This document shows, one piece after another, positions 26,236-34,836 of a stretch of DNA of 56,630 nucleotides (its first letter is position 1; each line of letters opens with the position of its first letter). A model generated the notes under the pieces. The model worked only from the letters and a program-made list of their open reading frames with translations. It had not been told where the DNA came from and did no database searches. Location of the stretch: contig DASSSV010000347.1 of assembly GCA_035708265.1 (NCBI GenBank), positions 1-56,630 of the forward strand, read 5' to 3'. Source of the DNA: Thermomicrobiales bacterium. Its GTDB lineage: Bacteria > Chloroflexota > Chloroflexia > Thermomicrobiales > CADCWN01. The translations under genes were made by a program, and so were the position numbers.

Positions 26236-28500
26236 ATGGTCGACGCGACGAAGCCCGCGGCGCCGCCCGACACGGTGACGCTGACGATCAACGGGCAGCA
26301 GGTGACGGTGCCGAAGGGCACGCTGTTGGTGGAGGCGGCGAAGGCCGCCGGGATCGACATCCCGGTCTTCTGCTACGAGCCGCGGATGGCGCCGGTCGGC
26401 GCCTGCCGCATGTGCCTCGTGCAGATCGAGAGGATGCCGAAGCTGCAGACGGCCTGCACCACGCCGGTCGCCGACGGTATGGTCGTCAACACCGTCTCGG
26501 AGCAGGCGCGCGACGCGCAGCGCGACGTCCTGGCCTTCCTGCTCTCCAACCACCCGCTCGACTGCCCCGTCTGCGACAAGGGCGGCGAGTGCCCCCTGCA
26601 GGACACGACCTTCAACTTCGGGCCGGGCGTCAGCAACTTCTACGAGCCGAAGCGCCAGTTCGTCAAGCCGATCCCGCTCAGCCCGCTGATCGCGCTCGAC
26701 CGCGAGCGCTGCATCATGTGCTACCGCTGCGTCCGCTTTCAGCGCGAGATCGCCTGCGACGAGGCCCTCACCGTGATCGACCGCGGCTCCTACAGCGAGA
26801 TCGCCGTCAGCGAGGGGCGCACCTTCGACTCGCCCTTCTCCGGCAACACGATCGAGCTCTGCCCGGTCGGCGCGCTGACCTCGATCCCCTTCCGCTTCCG
26901 CGCCCGCCCGTGGGATCTGACCAAGGTACCGAGCGTCTGCAACGAGTGCGCGGTCGGCTGCAACATCAACGTCGAGTACCGCAATAACCAGGTACTCCGC
27001 CTGACCGCGCGCGCCAACCCGCCGGTCGATGACGGCTGGCTCTGCGACTATGGCCGCTTCACCTACGATTACGTCAACTCGACCGAGCGCCTGCGGCAGC
27101 CGCTGATCCGCCGCGGAACCCAACTGGTGCCGGCGACCTGGGACGAGGCGCTCGACGCCGTCGCGGCCGGCTTCCGGCGCATCCGGGACGAGGCCGGGGC
27201 GGACGCGCTCGCCGGGGTGATCTCGCCGCGCGCGACCAACGAGGAGCTCTACCTCTTCGGCAAGCTCTTCCGCGGCGCGCTCGGCACCAATAACGTCGAC
27301 CACTGGCCGCGCATCCCGGCGCTTGACGGGCCGTTCGGCGTCGACGCGCTCCACGGCTCGATCGAAGCGCTGGAGCGCGCCAGGACGATCCTGCTGGTCG
27401 GCGTGAACCCGATCGCCGAGCAGCCGGTCCTCGACCTGCGGCTGAAGAAGGCGGCCAACCGCGGCGCGCGCCTGATCGTCGTCGGGCCGGAGGAGACCGA
27501 CCTGGACATCCACGCGGCGCACGCGCTGCGCGTCGCGCCGGCCGCGCTGCCGGACCTCCTGGCGGCCTGGACCGGCCTGCTGGCGAGCGAAGGCGGCTAC
27601 GACCAGGTGTTCGTCGCGCACCGCACGACCGGCTTCGAGGCGGCGCGCGCGGCGCTGGCGGGCAACACGCCGGTGCAGGCCGCCGCCGCGACCGGGCTCG
27701 CCGAGGGTGTGATCGCGGCGGCCGGGCGCGCGCTGGCGGGGGATGGCCCGGTGGCGATCCTCTACCGCCGCGACTACGCGACCGGCCGGCCCGACGACCC
27801 CTATCTCGCCGCGCTGACGGACCTGGCGCTCCTCACCGGCGCGCTCGACGAGGACGGCGTCTTCGGCGGCCTCGTCCATGAGAGCAACGCGCAGGGCGCG
27901 CTCGACCTCGGCATCCTGCCCGACCGCCTGCCCGGCCACCGCTTCGTCGGCACGCCGAACGGCCTCGGCGAGACCTGGCACACCGCGCTGCCGGCGCGGC
28001 CGGGTCGCGGCTGGCGCGAGATCGCCGGCGGCCGGAGCGGCGTGCGCGCGCTCTACGTCGCCGGGATCGACCCGCTGGCGCCGCCCGCGGGCGAGGCGCC
28101 CGCGCGGCCGGAGGGCGTGGACTTTCTGGTCGTGCAGGATCTCTTCCTCACCGCGACGGCGCGCGCTGCCGACGTCGTCCTGCCGGCCGTCTCCTGGGCC
28201 GAGAAGGACGGCACGCTGACCAACCTGGAGCGCCGCGTGCAGCGCATCCGCCCGGCCGTCCGCCCGCCCGGCGAGGCCCGGCCCGACTGGCGCGTCTACC
28301 GCGACCTCGGCCGGCGCCTGGCGGAGAGCGGCTTCGGCTTCAGCTCGCCGCTGGCGGTCTGGCAGGAGCTGGCCGCGGCGGTGCCGGCCTACGGCGCGCT
28401 GGCCTACGGGGCGCTGGCGCGCGGCGGCCGGCAATGGCCGCTGCCGGAGCACGCCGGCCCGTTCGCCTTCGCCGCCGGGCGCGGGGGGGGCGCGGCATGA
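26236..28500 (+). CDS. nuoG: NADH-quinone oxidoreductase subunit G
   Basis: N-terminal 2Fe-2S and 4Fe-4S Cys motifs (CRMCLV, HPLDCPVCDKGGEC.LQD, RCI.C.RCVRF) plus a molybdopterin-oxidoreductase-like body. Confidence 0.95.
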   Translation: MVDATKPAAPPDTVTLTINGQQVTVPKGTLLVEAAKAAGIDIPVFCYEPRMAPVGACRMCLVQIERMPKLQTACTTPVADGMVVNTVSEQARDAQRDVLAFLLSNHPLDCPVCDKGGECPLQDTTFNFGPGVSNFYEPKRQFVKPIPLSPLIALDRERCIMCYRCVRFQREIACDEALTVIDRGSYSEIAVSEGRTFDSPFSGNTIELCPVGALTSIPFRFRARPWDLTKVPSVCNECAVGCNINVEYRNNQVLRLTARANPPVDDGWLCDYGRFTYDYVNSTERLRQPLIRRGTQLVPATWDEALDAVAAGFRRIRDEAGADALAGVISPRATNEELYLFGKLFRGALGTNNVDHWPRIPALDGPFGVDALHGSIEALERARTILLVGVNPIAEQPVLDLRLKKAANRGARLIVVGPEETDLDIHAAHALRVAPAALPDLLAAWTGLLASEGGYDQVFVAHRTTGFEAARAALAGNTPVQAAAATGLAEGVIAAAGRALAGDGPVAILYRRDYATGRPDDPYLAALTDLALLTGALDEDGVFGGLVHESNAQGALDLGILPDRLPGHRFVGTPNGLGETWHTALPARPGRGWREIAGGRSGVRALYVAGIDPLAPPAGEAPARPEGVDFLVVQDLFLTATARAADVVLPAVSWAEKDGTLTNLERRVQRIRPAVRPPGEARPDWRVYRDLGRRLAESGFGFSSPLAVWQELAAAVPAYGALAYGALARGGRQWPLPEHAGPFAFAAGRGGGAA

Positions 28501-29507
28501 GCGTGACGGCGGTCATCGAGGCGATCGTCAAGAGCGTCATCATCCTGGTCTTCCTGCTGACGGCCTTCGCCTACATGACGCTCTACGAGCGCAAGGTGCT
28601 CGGGCGCGTGCAGGTGCGCTACGGCCCCAACCGGGTCGGGCCCTTCGGCCTGCTGCAACCGCTGGCCGACGGCATCAAGCTGGCCTTCAAGCAGGCGATC
28701 ACGCCGCGCGGCGTGGACAAGCCGCTCTACCTGCTGGCGCCGGCGATCTCGATGGTCGCGGCGGTCGTCACCTTCGCGGTGATCCCGGTCGGGCCGACCT
28801 ACAACATCTTCGGCTACCCGGTCAACTTCTGGCTGTCGGACTTCAACGTCGCCCTCCTCTACGTCCTGGCGATGAGTTCGCTCGGCGTCTACGGCATCGT
28901 GCTGGCGGGCTATTCGTCCAACAATAAGTATTCGCTCCTGGGCGGGCTGCGCTCGGCGGCGCAACTGATCTCTTACGAGCTGGCGCTGGGGCTGTCGCTG
29001 GTCGCGGTGCTGCTGCTGACCGGCTCGCTCAGCCTGAACGACATCCTGAATCACCAGGGCGGCGACTGGTGGGGCTTCTGGCCGCGCTGGCACATCTTCG
29101 TCGCGCCGCTCTCGTTCATCATCTACATCATCAGCGCGATCGCCGAGACGAACCGCGCGCCGTTCGATTTAGTCGAGGCGGAGCAGGAGTTGGTCGGCGG
29201 CTATCACACCGAGTACACCGGCCTGCGCTTCGCGCTCTTCTTCATGGCCGAGTACATCAACATGGTCACCGTCAGCGCGCTGGCGGCGACGATCTTCTTC
29301 GGCGGCTGGTATGGGCCGATCGTCGGCGGGCCCTGGTGGCTGCTGTTGAAGATGGCGATCATCCTGACGATCTACGTGCTGCTGCGCGCGACGCTGCCGC
29401 GCCTGCGCTACGACCAACTGATGCGCCTGGGCTGGCGCGTCCTGCTGCCGCTCGCCCTGCTCAATATCGTGCTGACGGCGATCGGCGTCGCCCTGTGGGG
29501 GAGCTAG
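28497..29507 (+). CDS. nuoH: NADH-quinone oxidoreductase subunit H
   Basis: ATG 28497 overlaps the nuoG stop (ATGA). ERKVLGR.Q.R.GPNRVGP.GLLQP.ADG.KL and AETNR.PFDL.EAE.ELV.G. Confidence 0.95.
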   Translation: MSVTAVIEAIVKSVIILVFLLTAFAYMTLYERKVLGRVQVRYGPNRVGPFGLLQPLADGIKLAFKQAITPRGVDKPLYLLAPAISMVAAVVTFAVIPVGPTYNIFGYPVNFWLSDFNVALLYVLAMSSLGVYGIVLAGYSSNNKYSLLGGLRSAAQLISYELALGLSLVAVLLLTGSLSLNDILNHQGGDWWGFWPRWHIFVAPLSFIIYIISAIAETNRAPFDLVEAEQELVGGYHTEYTGLRFALFFMAEYINMVTVSALAATIFFGGWYGPIVGGPWWLLLKMAIILTIYVLLRATLPRLRYDQLMRLGWRVLLPLALLNIVLTAIGVALWGS

Positions 29508-29538
29508 CGCGGCGGGCGCGCGGGGGGAGAGAGACCAG

Positions 29539-30003
29539 ATGGCGAGCGTGATCGAGGACCTGGGGGCCTTCGTCAAGGGCTTCCGCACGACGATCGGCCA
29601 CATCTTCAAGAAGCCGGTCACGATCCAGTACCCGGAGGCGACCAAGCCGATGGCGCCGCGCTTCCGCGGCCGCCACATGCTGATGCGCTACGACAATGGG
29701 CTGGAGCGCTGCATCGGCTGCTCGCTCTGCGCGGTCGTCTGCCCGGCCGAGGCGATCTACGTCGAGGCGGCGGAGAACAGCGACGCGGCGCGCTACTCGC
29801 CGGGCGAGCGCTACGCCCGGCGCTACGAGATCAACATGATCCGCTGCATCTTCTGCGGCTACTGCCAGGAGGCGTGCCCGGTCGAGGCGATCGTCCTGGG
29901 CCACGAGTACGCCTTCTCGTCCTACACGCGCGACGGCATGATCTATACCAAGGAGATGCTGCTCGTGCCCGACCCGCGCCAGGCGGGCGCCGCGGCGGAC
30001 TGA
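29539..30003 (+). CDS. nuoI: NADH-quinone oxidoreductase subunit I
   Basis: Two 4Fe-4S motifs: CIGCSLCAVVCP and CIFCGYCQEACP. Confidence 0.95.
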   Translation: MASVIEDLGAFVKGFRTTIGHIFKKPVTIQYPEATKPMAPRFRGRHMLMRYDNGLERCIGCSLCAVVCPAEAIYVEAAENSDAARYSPGERYARRYEINMIRCIFCGYCQEACPVEAIVLGHEYAFSSYTRDGMIYTKEMLLVPDPRQAGAAAD

Positions 30004-30008
30004 GGACG

Positions 30009-30136
30009 TTCACCGCAGAGGCACAGAGACACGGAGAACGAGGAGAGAAGACGGAGAAAATACGAGGGACGAAGGACGAACTCAATTCCGTCTCCCCTCT
30101 CTTCGTCTCTCTGTGCCTCTGTGCCTCTGCGGTGAA
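30009..30136. repeat. Long palindromic element, same family as 26122-26223
   Basis: TTCACCGCAGAGGCACAGAGACACGGAGAACGAGGAGAGAAGACGGAG pairs with CTCCGTCTCCCCTCTCTTCGTCTCTCTGTGCCTCTGTGCCTCTGCGGTGAA. It lies in the nuoI-nuoJ gap. Confidence 0.9.
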
Positions 30137-30246
30137 CATCCCCCGCACGGCGAGATTGTGTGCCGCTGCACAAGCGGCGCGGGATGTGGTAGGCTAGCGG
30201 GCGGCCTTGAGGGAGGCCGGGGGCGACGCGGGGAGTTCGGGGGGAC

Positions 30247-30795
30247 ATGATCTTCTTTCTGATCATCGCGGTGATCGCCGCCGTCGCGGGCATCGCGATG
30301 GTCGCGGCGCGCAACCCGGTCCACAGCGCCCTCTTCCTCGTCCTCAACTTCTTCTGTCTGGCGATCCTCTACCTCACCCTCAACGCCCAATTCCTGGCCG
30401 CCATCCAGATCTTCGTCTACGCCGGCGCGATCATGGTCCTCTTCCTCTTCGTCATCACGCTGCTCAACCCCGGCCGGGAAGCCTACGGCACGCGCCTCCC
30501 GGCCCAGCGGCCGCTGGCGGTGGTGCTCGGGCTGGCGCTGCTGGCCGAGGTCGTGCTGCTGCTCCAGTCCGGCACGGTGAGCGCGCTGCTCGGCAAGTTC
30601 CCGCCGGCGCGCCCCTTCGTCGAGCAATTCAGCCAGCCCGGGCTCATCAGCAACGCGCCGAGCGGCCTCGGCAACACCCAGGCGCTCGGGGCGGAACTCT
30701 TCACCGCCTACCTGCTGCCGTTCGAGATCACCTCGGTGTTGCTGCTGATCGCCGTGGTCGGCGCGGTCGTGGTCGCCAAGCGCCAGCTGCGCTGA
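30247..30795 (+). CDS. nuoJ: NADH-quinone oxidoreductase subunit J
   Basis: A hydrophobic 182-aa protein with [10 protein letters not shown]...[20 protein letters not shown]. Confidence 0.9.
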   Translation: MIFFLIIAVIAAVAGIAMVAARNPVHSALFLVLNFFCLAILYLTLNAQFLAAIQIFVYAGAIMVLFLFVITLLNPGREAYGTRLPAQRPLAVVLGLALLAEVVLLLQSGTVSALLGKFPPARPFVEQFSQPGLISNAPSGLGNTQALGAELFTAYLLPFEITSVLLLIAVVGAVVVAKRQLR

Positions 30796-30826
30796 GGCCG
30801 AGTCGGGAGGGGGGACAGGAAGCGCG

Positions 30827-31129
30827 ATGGCTCCGCTTTCGTACTACTTCATCCTCAGCGCGGTGCTCTTCACCACCGGCGTCGTCGGCGTGCTGGTGCG
30901 CAAGAACCCGCTGATCATCTTCATGTCGATCGAGCTGATGCTCAACGCCGCCAACCTCTCCTTCGTCTCCTTCGCGCGCTTCCGCAACCTCCTCTCCGGC
31001 CAGGTGATCGCCTTCTTCGTGATCACGGTCGCCGCGGCGGAGGTCGTCGTCGGGCTGGCGATCATCGTCGCGATCTTCCGCACCAAGGCGACGGTCGACG
31101 TCGACGAAATCACCACATTGAGGGGCTGA
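30827..31129 (+). CDS. nuoK: NADH-quinone oxidoreductase subunit K
   Basis: A 100-aa protein with three TM segments: G..G.L.R.N....[14 protein letters not shown] and AAAE..VGLAI. Confidence 0.9.
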   Translation: MAPLSYYFILSAVLFTTGVVGVLVRKNPLIIFMSIELMLNAANLSFVSFARFRNLLSGQVIAFFVITVAAAEVVVGLAIIVAIFRTKATVDVDEITTLRG

Positions 31130-31132
31130 CGC

Positions 31133-33043
31133 GTGAACTACGTCTGGCTCGCGCTGCTCTTCCCGCTGGCCGGGTTCGCGATCAACGCCCTGCTCGGTGC
31201 GTGGCTGCCGCGCCGCGCGCACGGGATCGTCGCCTCCGCCGCGGTCGGCCTGGCCTTCCTGACCTCGCTGGCCGTCTTCTTCGACCTGCTGAGTCTGCCC
31301 GCGGCCGACCGCCACCGCGACCTGGTCCTCTACCAGTGGGTCGCGGCGGGCGACTTCCACGCCGCGCTCGGCGCCTGGCTCGACCCGCTCTCGGCGCTGA
31401 TGCTCCTGATCGTGACCGGCGTCGGCTTCCTGATCCACGTCTACGCGACCGGCTACATGGCCGACGACGAGGGGCAGCGCCGCTTCTTCGCCTTCCTCAA
31501 CGTCTTCGTCCTGGCGATGCTCATCCTGGTCCTGGCCGACAACTTCATGCTCCTGCTGGTCGGCTGGGGCGGCGTCGGCTTCGCCTCCTACGCCCTGATC
31601 GCCCACTACTACTGGCGACCGGCAGCGGCCGCCGCGGCGGTCAAGGCGTTCGTGGTCAACACGATCGGCGATGTCGGGATGATGCTCGGCATGTTCCTGA
31701 TGTGGCGCACCTTCCGCTCACTCGACTACGCCACCGTCTTCGCCGCCGCGCCGTCGCGGCTGGCCGGCGCCGGCGGCACGGCGACCGCGATCACGCTGCT
31801 GCTGCTGGTCGGCGCGCTGGCGAAGTCGGGCCAGCTCCCGCTGCACGTCTGGCTGCCCGACGCGATGGAGGGCCCGACGCCGGTCTCCGCCCTGATCCAC
31901 GCCGCCACGATGGTCACCGCCGGCGTCTACCTGCTGGCGCGCGCCTGGCCGCTCTACGAGCAGGCGCCGGCGACGTTGACCGTGATCGCCTGGATCGGCG
32001 CGATCACCGCGCTCTTCGCCGCGACCGTCGGGATGGTCCAGCCGAACATCAAGCGCGTGCTGGCCTACTCCACGATCAGCCAGCTCGGCTACATGTTCCT
32101 GGCCGCGGGCGTCGGCGCCTACAGTGCCGGCATCTTCCACCTGATGACCCACGCCTTCTTCAAGGCGCTCCTCTTCCTCGCGGCCGGCGCGGTGATCCAC
32201 GCGATCGGCGGCACCGAGGACCTGGCGGGGATGGGCGGGCTGCGTCGCGCACTGCCGGTCGCCTACGCCGGCTTTCTGGTCGGCGGGCTCGCGATCTCCG
32301 GCATCCCGCCCTTCTCCGGCTTCTTCTCGAAGGACGAGATCATCTGGGCCTCGCTCACCAGCGGGCGGGGCAACGGCGCCCTCTGCGCCATCGCGCTCGT
32401 CACCGGCGGGCTGACCGGCTTCTACGTCTTCCGCGCCTTCTTCCTCGCCTTCCACGGCGAGTCGCGCGTCGCGCCGGGCGTCCACATCCACACGCCCGGC
32501 GCCGCGATGCGCGTCCCGATGATCGTCCTGACCGTCTTGGCGTTCGCCGGCGGCTTCGTGTTGATCCCGAACGTCACCTACGCCTTCGACGACTACCTGG
32601 AGCCGGCCTTCGCCTACCCGGTCGCGCTGCACGCGCCGACCGTGGTCGCCTCGGGCGCGGGCTACTGGGGGCTGGCGATCCTGGCCGCGGTGCTCGGCGC
32701 GATCGGCGTCGGCACGGCCTACCTGATCTACGTCCGCCGCCCGGTCCTCGCCACCGACCTCGCGGAGCACTACCGCGGTGCCTACCGCTTCCTGCTCAAC
32801 CGCTACTACATCGACAACCTCTACGACGCCGTCTTCGTCCGCCCGTTCGGCGCGCTGGCGCGCTTCCTCGGCGACGGCGTGGACCGCGGGATCAACAGCA
32901 TCGTCGACGGCATCGGCGTGGTGCTGCGCGAGGCCAGCTTCGGCATGCGCGACCTCCAGAGCGGCTACGTCCGCAACTACGCGCTCGTGATCCTCGGCGG
33001 CGTGGTCCTCCTCGTCGCCTACGTCATCTACGCGGGCATCTGA
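31133..33043 (+). CDS. nuoL: NADH-quinone oxidoreductase subunit L
   Basis: GTG start. WDPLS, GWGGVGFASY.LI, KSGQLPLH.WLPDAMEGPTPVSALIHAATMV.AGVYL. The stop TGA overlaps the first heptad of the downstream array. Confidence 0.95.
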   Translation: MNYVWLALLFPLAGFAINALLGAWLPRRAHGIVASAAVGLAFLTSLAVFFDLLSLPAADRHRDLVLYQWVAAGDFHAALGAWLDPLSALMLLIVTGVGFLIHVYATGYMADDEGQRRFFAFLNVFVLAMLILVLADNFMLLLVGWGGVGFASYALIAHYYWRPAAAAAAVKAFVVNTIGDVGMMLGMFLMWRTFRSLDYATVFAAAPSRLAGAGGTATAITLLLLVGALAKSGQLPLHVWLPDAMEGPTPVSALIHAATMVTAGVYLLARAWPLYEQAPATLTVIAWIGAITALFAATVGMVQPNIKRVLAYSTISQLGYMFLAAGVGAYSAGIFHLMTHAFFKALLFLAAGAVIHAIGGTEDLAGMGGLRRALPVAYAGFLVGGLAISGIPPFSGFFSKDEIIWASLTSGRGNGALCAIALVTGGLTGFYVFRAFFLAFHGESRVAPGVHIHTPGAAMRVPMIVLTVLAFAGGFVLIPNVTYAFDDYLEPAFAYPVALHAPTVVASGAGYWGLAILAAVLGAIGVGTAYLIYVRRPVLATDLAEHYRGAYRFLLNRYYIDNLYDAVFVRPFGALARFLGDGVDRGINSIVDGIGVVLREASFGMRDLQSGYVRNYALVILGGVVLLVAYVIYAGI

Positions 33044-33193
33044 CGAATGACGAAGGACGAAGGACGAAGGACGAAGGACGAGTTGGTGCGACGGGCGGCT
33101 ACTCCCGCCACCGCCTCTCGCCCCTCGTCACTCGTCACTCGTCACTCGTCACTCGCCATTCGTACTTCGTACTTCGTACTTCGTACTTCGAGG
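33042..33193. repeat. Heptad hairpin element: GACGAAG-type x6, then CTCGTCA x4 and TTCGTAC x4
   Basis: 16 tandem 7-nt units in two arms (33042-33083 and 33124-33193) fill the nuoL-nuoM gap. The last degenerate unit, TTCGAGG, provides the only Shine-Dalgarno-like GAGG before the nuoM GTG. Confidence 0.9.
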
Positions 33194-33195
33194 TA

Positions 33196-34836
33196 GTGGT
33201 GGGCGGCTTCCCGGTCCTCACGATCCTGATCTTCTTGCCGGTCGTGGCGGCGCTCGTCTGCCTGGCGGTGCCGGGCGACGAGGCGGCGCGCGCGATCGTG
33301 CGGCCGCTGGCGCTCGCCGTCACGGTCGTGACGCTGATCCTCGGCGCGCTGATGCTGGCCAACTTCCCAGGCGGCGCGACCGGGCTACGCTACGAGGAGC
33401 AGGCGGCCTGGATCCCGCAACTCGGCGTGAGCTACCACCTCGGCGTGGACGGGCTGAGCGTCCTCTTGGTCGCGCTGACGCCGCTCCTGGCGACGGTCGC
33501 GGTGCTGGCGTCGTGGGACGCGATGGCGGAGCGGCCGCGACTCTTCGCCGCCTTCATCCTGCTCCTGGAGGGCGCGGTGATCGGCGCGCTCTGCGCGCTC
33601 GACCTGATCCTCTACTTCGTCTTCTGGGAAGCGATGCTGGTGCCGCTCTACCTCTTGATCGGCGCCTTCGGCGGGCCGCGTCGCGGCGCCGCCGCGCTGA
33701 AGTTCTTCATCTACACCAGCGTCGGCAGCCTGCTGATGTTCCTGGCGATCCTCACGCTCGCCTTCCTCCACGCCGACCGCGTGCCGGGCGCCTCGACCAG
33801 TTTCGCGCTGAGCGACCTGATCGGGACGCCGATGTCGCCGGCGCTCCAGACCTGGCTCTTCCTCGCCTTCGCGCTCGCCTTCGCGATCAAGCTGCCGCTC
33901 TTCCCGCTGCACTCCTGGCTACCCGACGCCTACACCCAGGCGCCGGTGACGATCCTGGTGCTGGCGACGATGCTGGTCAAGGTCGGGGCGTACAGTTTCC
34001 TGCGCTTCGCCGTGCCGCTCTTCCCGCGCGCCGCGGCCGATGTGATGCCGATCCTCGGCATCCTCGCGGTGGTCGGCATCATCTACGGCGGCTGGGTCGC
34101 GGCGCGGCAGCGCGACATGGTCCGCCTCCTGGCCTACTCCAGCGTCGCGCACCTCGGCTTCATCGCCCTCGGCATCTTCGCGCTCGACCAGCAGAGCGTG
34201 CAGGGGAGCGTGCTGCAGATGGTCAACCACGGCCTCAGCAGCGGCGCGCTCTTCCTGATCGCCGGGATGCTGGCGACCCGCGCCGGCAGTTACGACCTGG
34301 CGCACCTCGGCGGCCTGCAACGCCGCTGGCCGATCCTCTTCGGCTTCTTCATGCTGGCGGCCTTCTCGTCGCTCGGCCTGCCCGGGCTCAACGGCTTCGT
34401 CGGCGAGTTCCTGATCCTCCTGGGCGCGTTCCAGACGCAGCGCGTCATGGCGATCGTCGCCACCTTCGGCGTGCTGATCGCCGCGATCTATCTGCTGCGC
34501 CTCTTCGGGCGGTCGATGCACGGCCCCGAGCGCCTGCCCGCCGGCCAGGGGCCACTCCTCGGCGACCTCTCCCTGCGCGAGATCCTGGCGCTGGCCCCGC
34601 TGGCGATCATGATCGTCTGGCTCGGCGTCTATCCGGCGCCGTTCCTGCGGCGGACCGAGGGCGCGGTGCGCCAGACGCTCGCGGCGGTGCAGGCGGCGCG
34701 GCCGGCCCCGGCCGCGGACCAACCGGTCATCCGCCGCGGCGCGGCGCCCGTCGCCTGCGACGCGGCCGGCGCGACCCCCGACAGTGCCGCGGCGGCGGCG
34801 AGGAGTGAGGCGTGCGCATCAGCGCTCCACCGATAG
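33196..34836 (+). CDS. nuoM: NADH-quinone oxidoreductase subunit M
   Basis: GTG at 33196 or 33199. GVDGLS, FVFWEAMLVP.YLLIG..GG, KLPLFP.H.WLPDAY. The track ORF 31201-34836 is the same frame extended upstream through nuoL in an alternate frame. Confidence 0.9.
   Translation: MVGGFPVLTILIFLPVVAALVCLAVPGDEAARAIVRPLALAVTVVTLILGALMLANFPGGATGLRYEEQAAWIPQLGVSYHLGVDGLSVLLVALTPLLATVAVLASWDAMAERPRLFAAFILLLEGAVIGALCALDLILYFVFWEAMLVPLYLLIGAFGGPRRGAAALKFFIYTSVGSLLMFLAILTLAFLHADRVPGASTSFALSDLIGTPMSPALQTWLFLAFALAFAIKLPLFPLHSWLPDAYTQAPVTILVLATMLVKVGAYSFLRFAVPLFPRAAADVMPILGILAVVGIIYGGWVAARQRDMVRLLAYSSVAHLGFIALGIFALDQQSVQGSVLQMVNHGLSSGALFLIAGMLATRAGSYDLAHLGGLQRRWPILFGFFMLAAFSSLGLPGLNGFVGEFLILLGAFQTQRVMAIVATFGVLIAAIYLLRLFGRSMHGPERLPAGQGPLLGDLSLREILALAPLAIMIVWLGVYPAPFLRRTEGAVRQTLAAVQAARPAPAADQPVIRRGAAPVACDAAGATPDSAAAAARSEACASALHR

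Noticed and set aside
33042-33193. Heptad arrays considered as CRISPR arrays or as coding repeats.
   Set aside because: The units are 7 nt with no spacers, so they are far too short for CRISPR. No cas genes are present. A period of 7 breaks any reading frame.
31201-34836. A 1211-aa ORF that looks like a nuoL-nuoM fusion.
   Set aside because: The upstream 665 codons are an alternate frame of nuoL (Arg/Pro-rich nonsense) that happens to stay open through the heptad array. Real NuoM homology begins at GTG 33196 or 33199.
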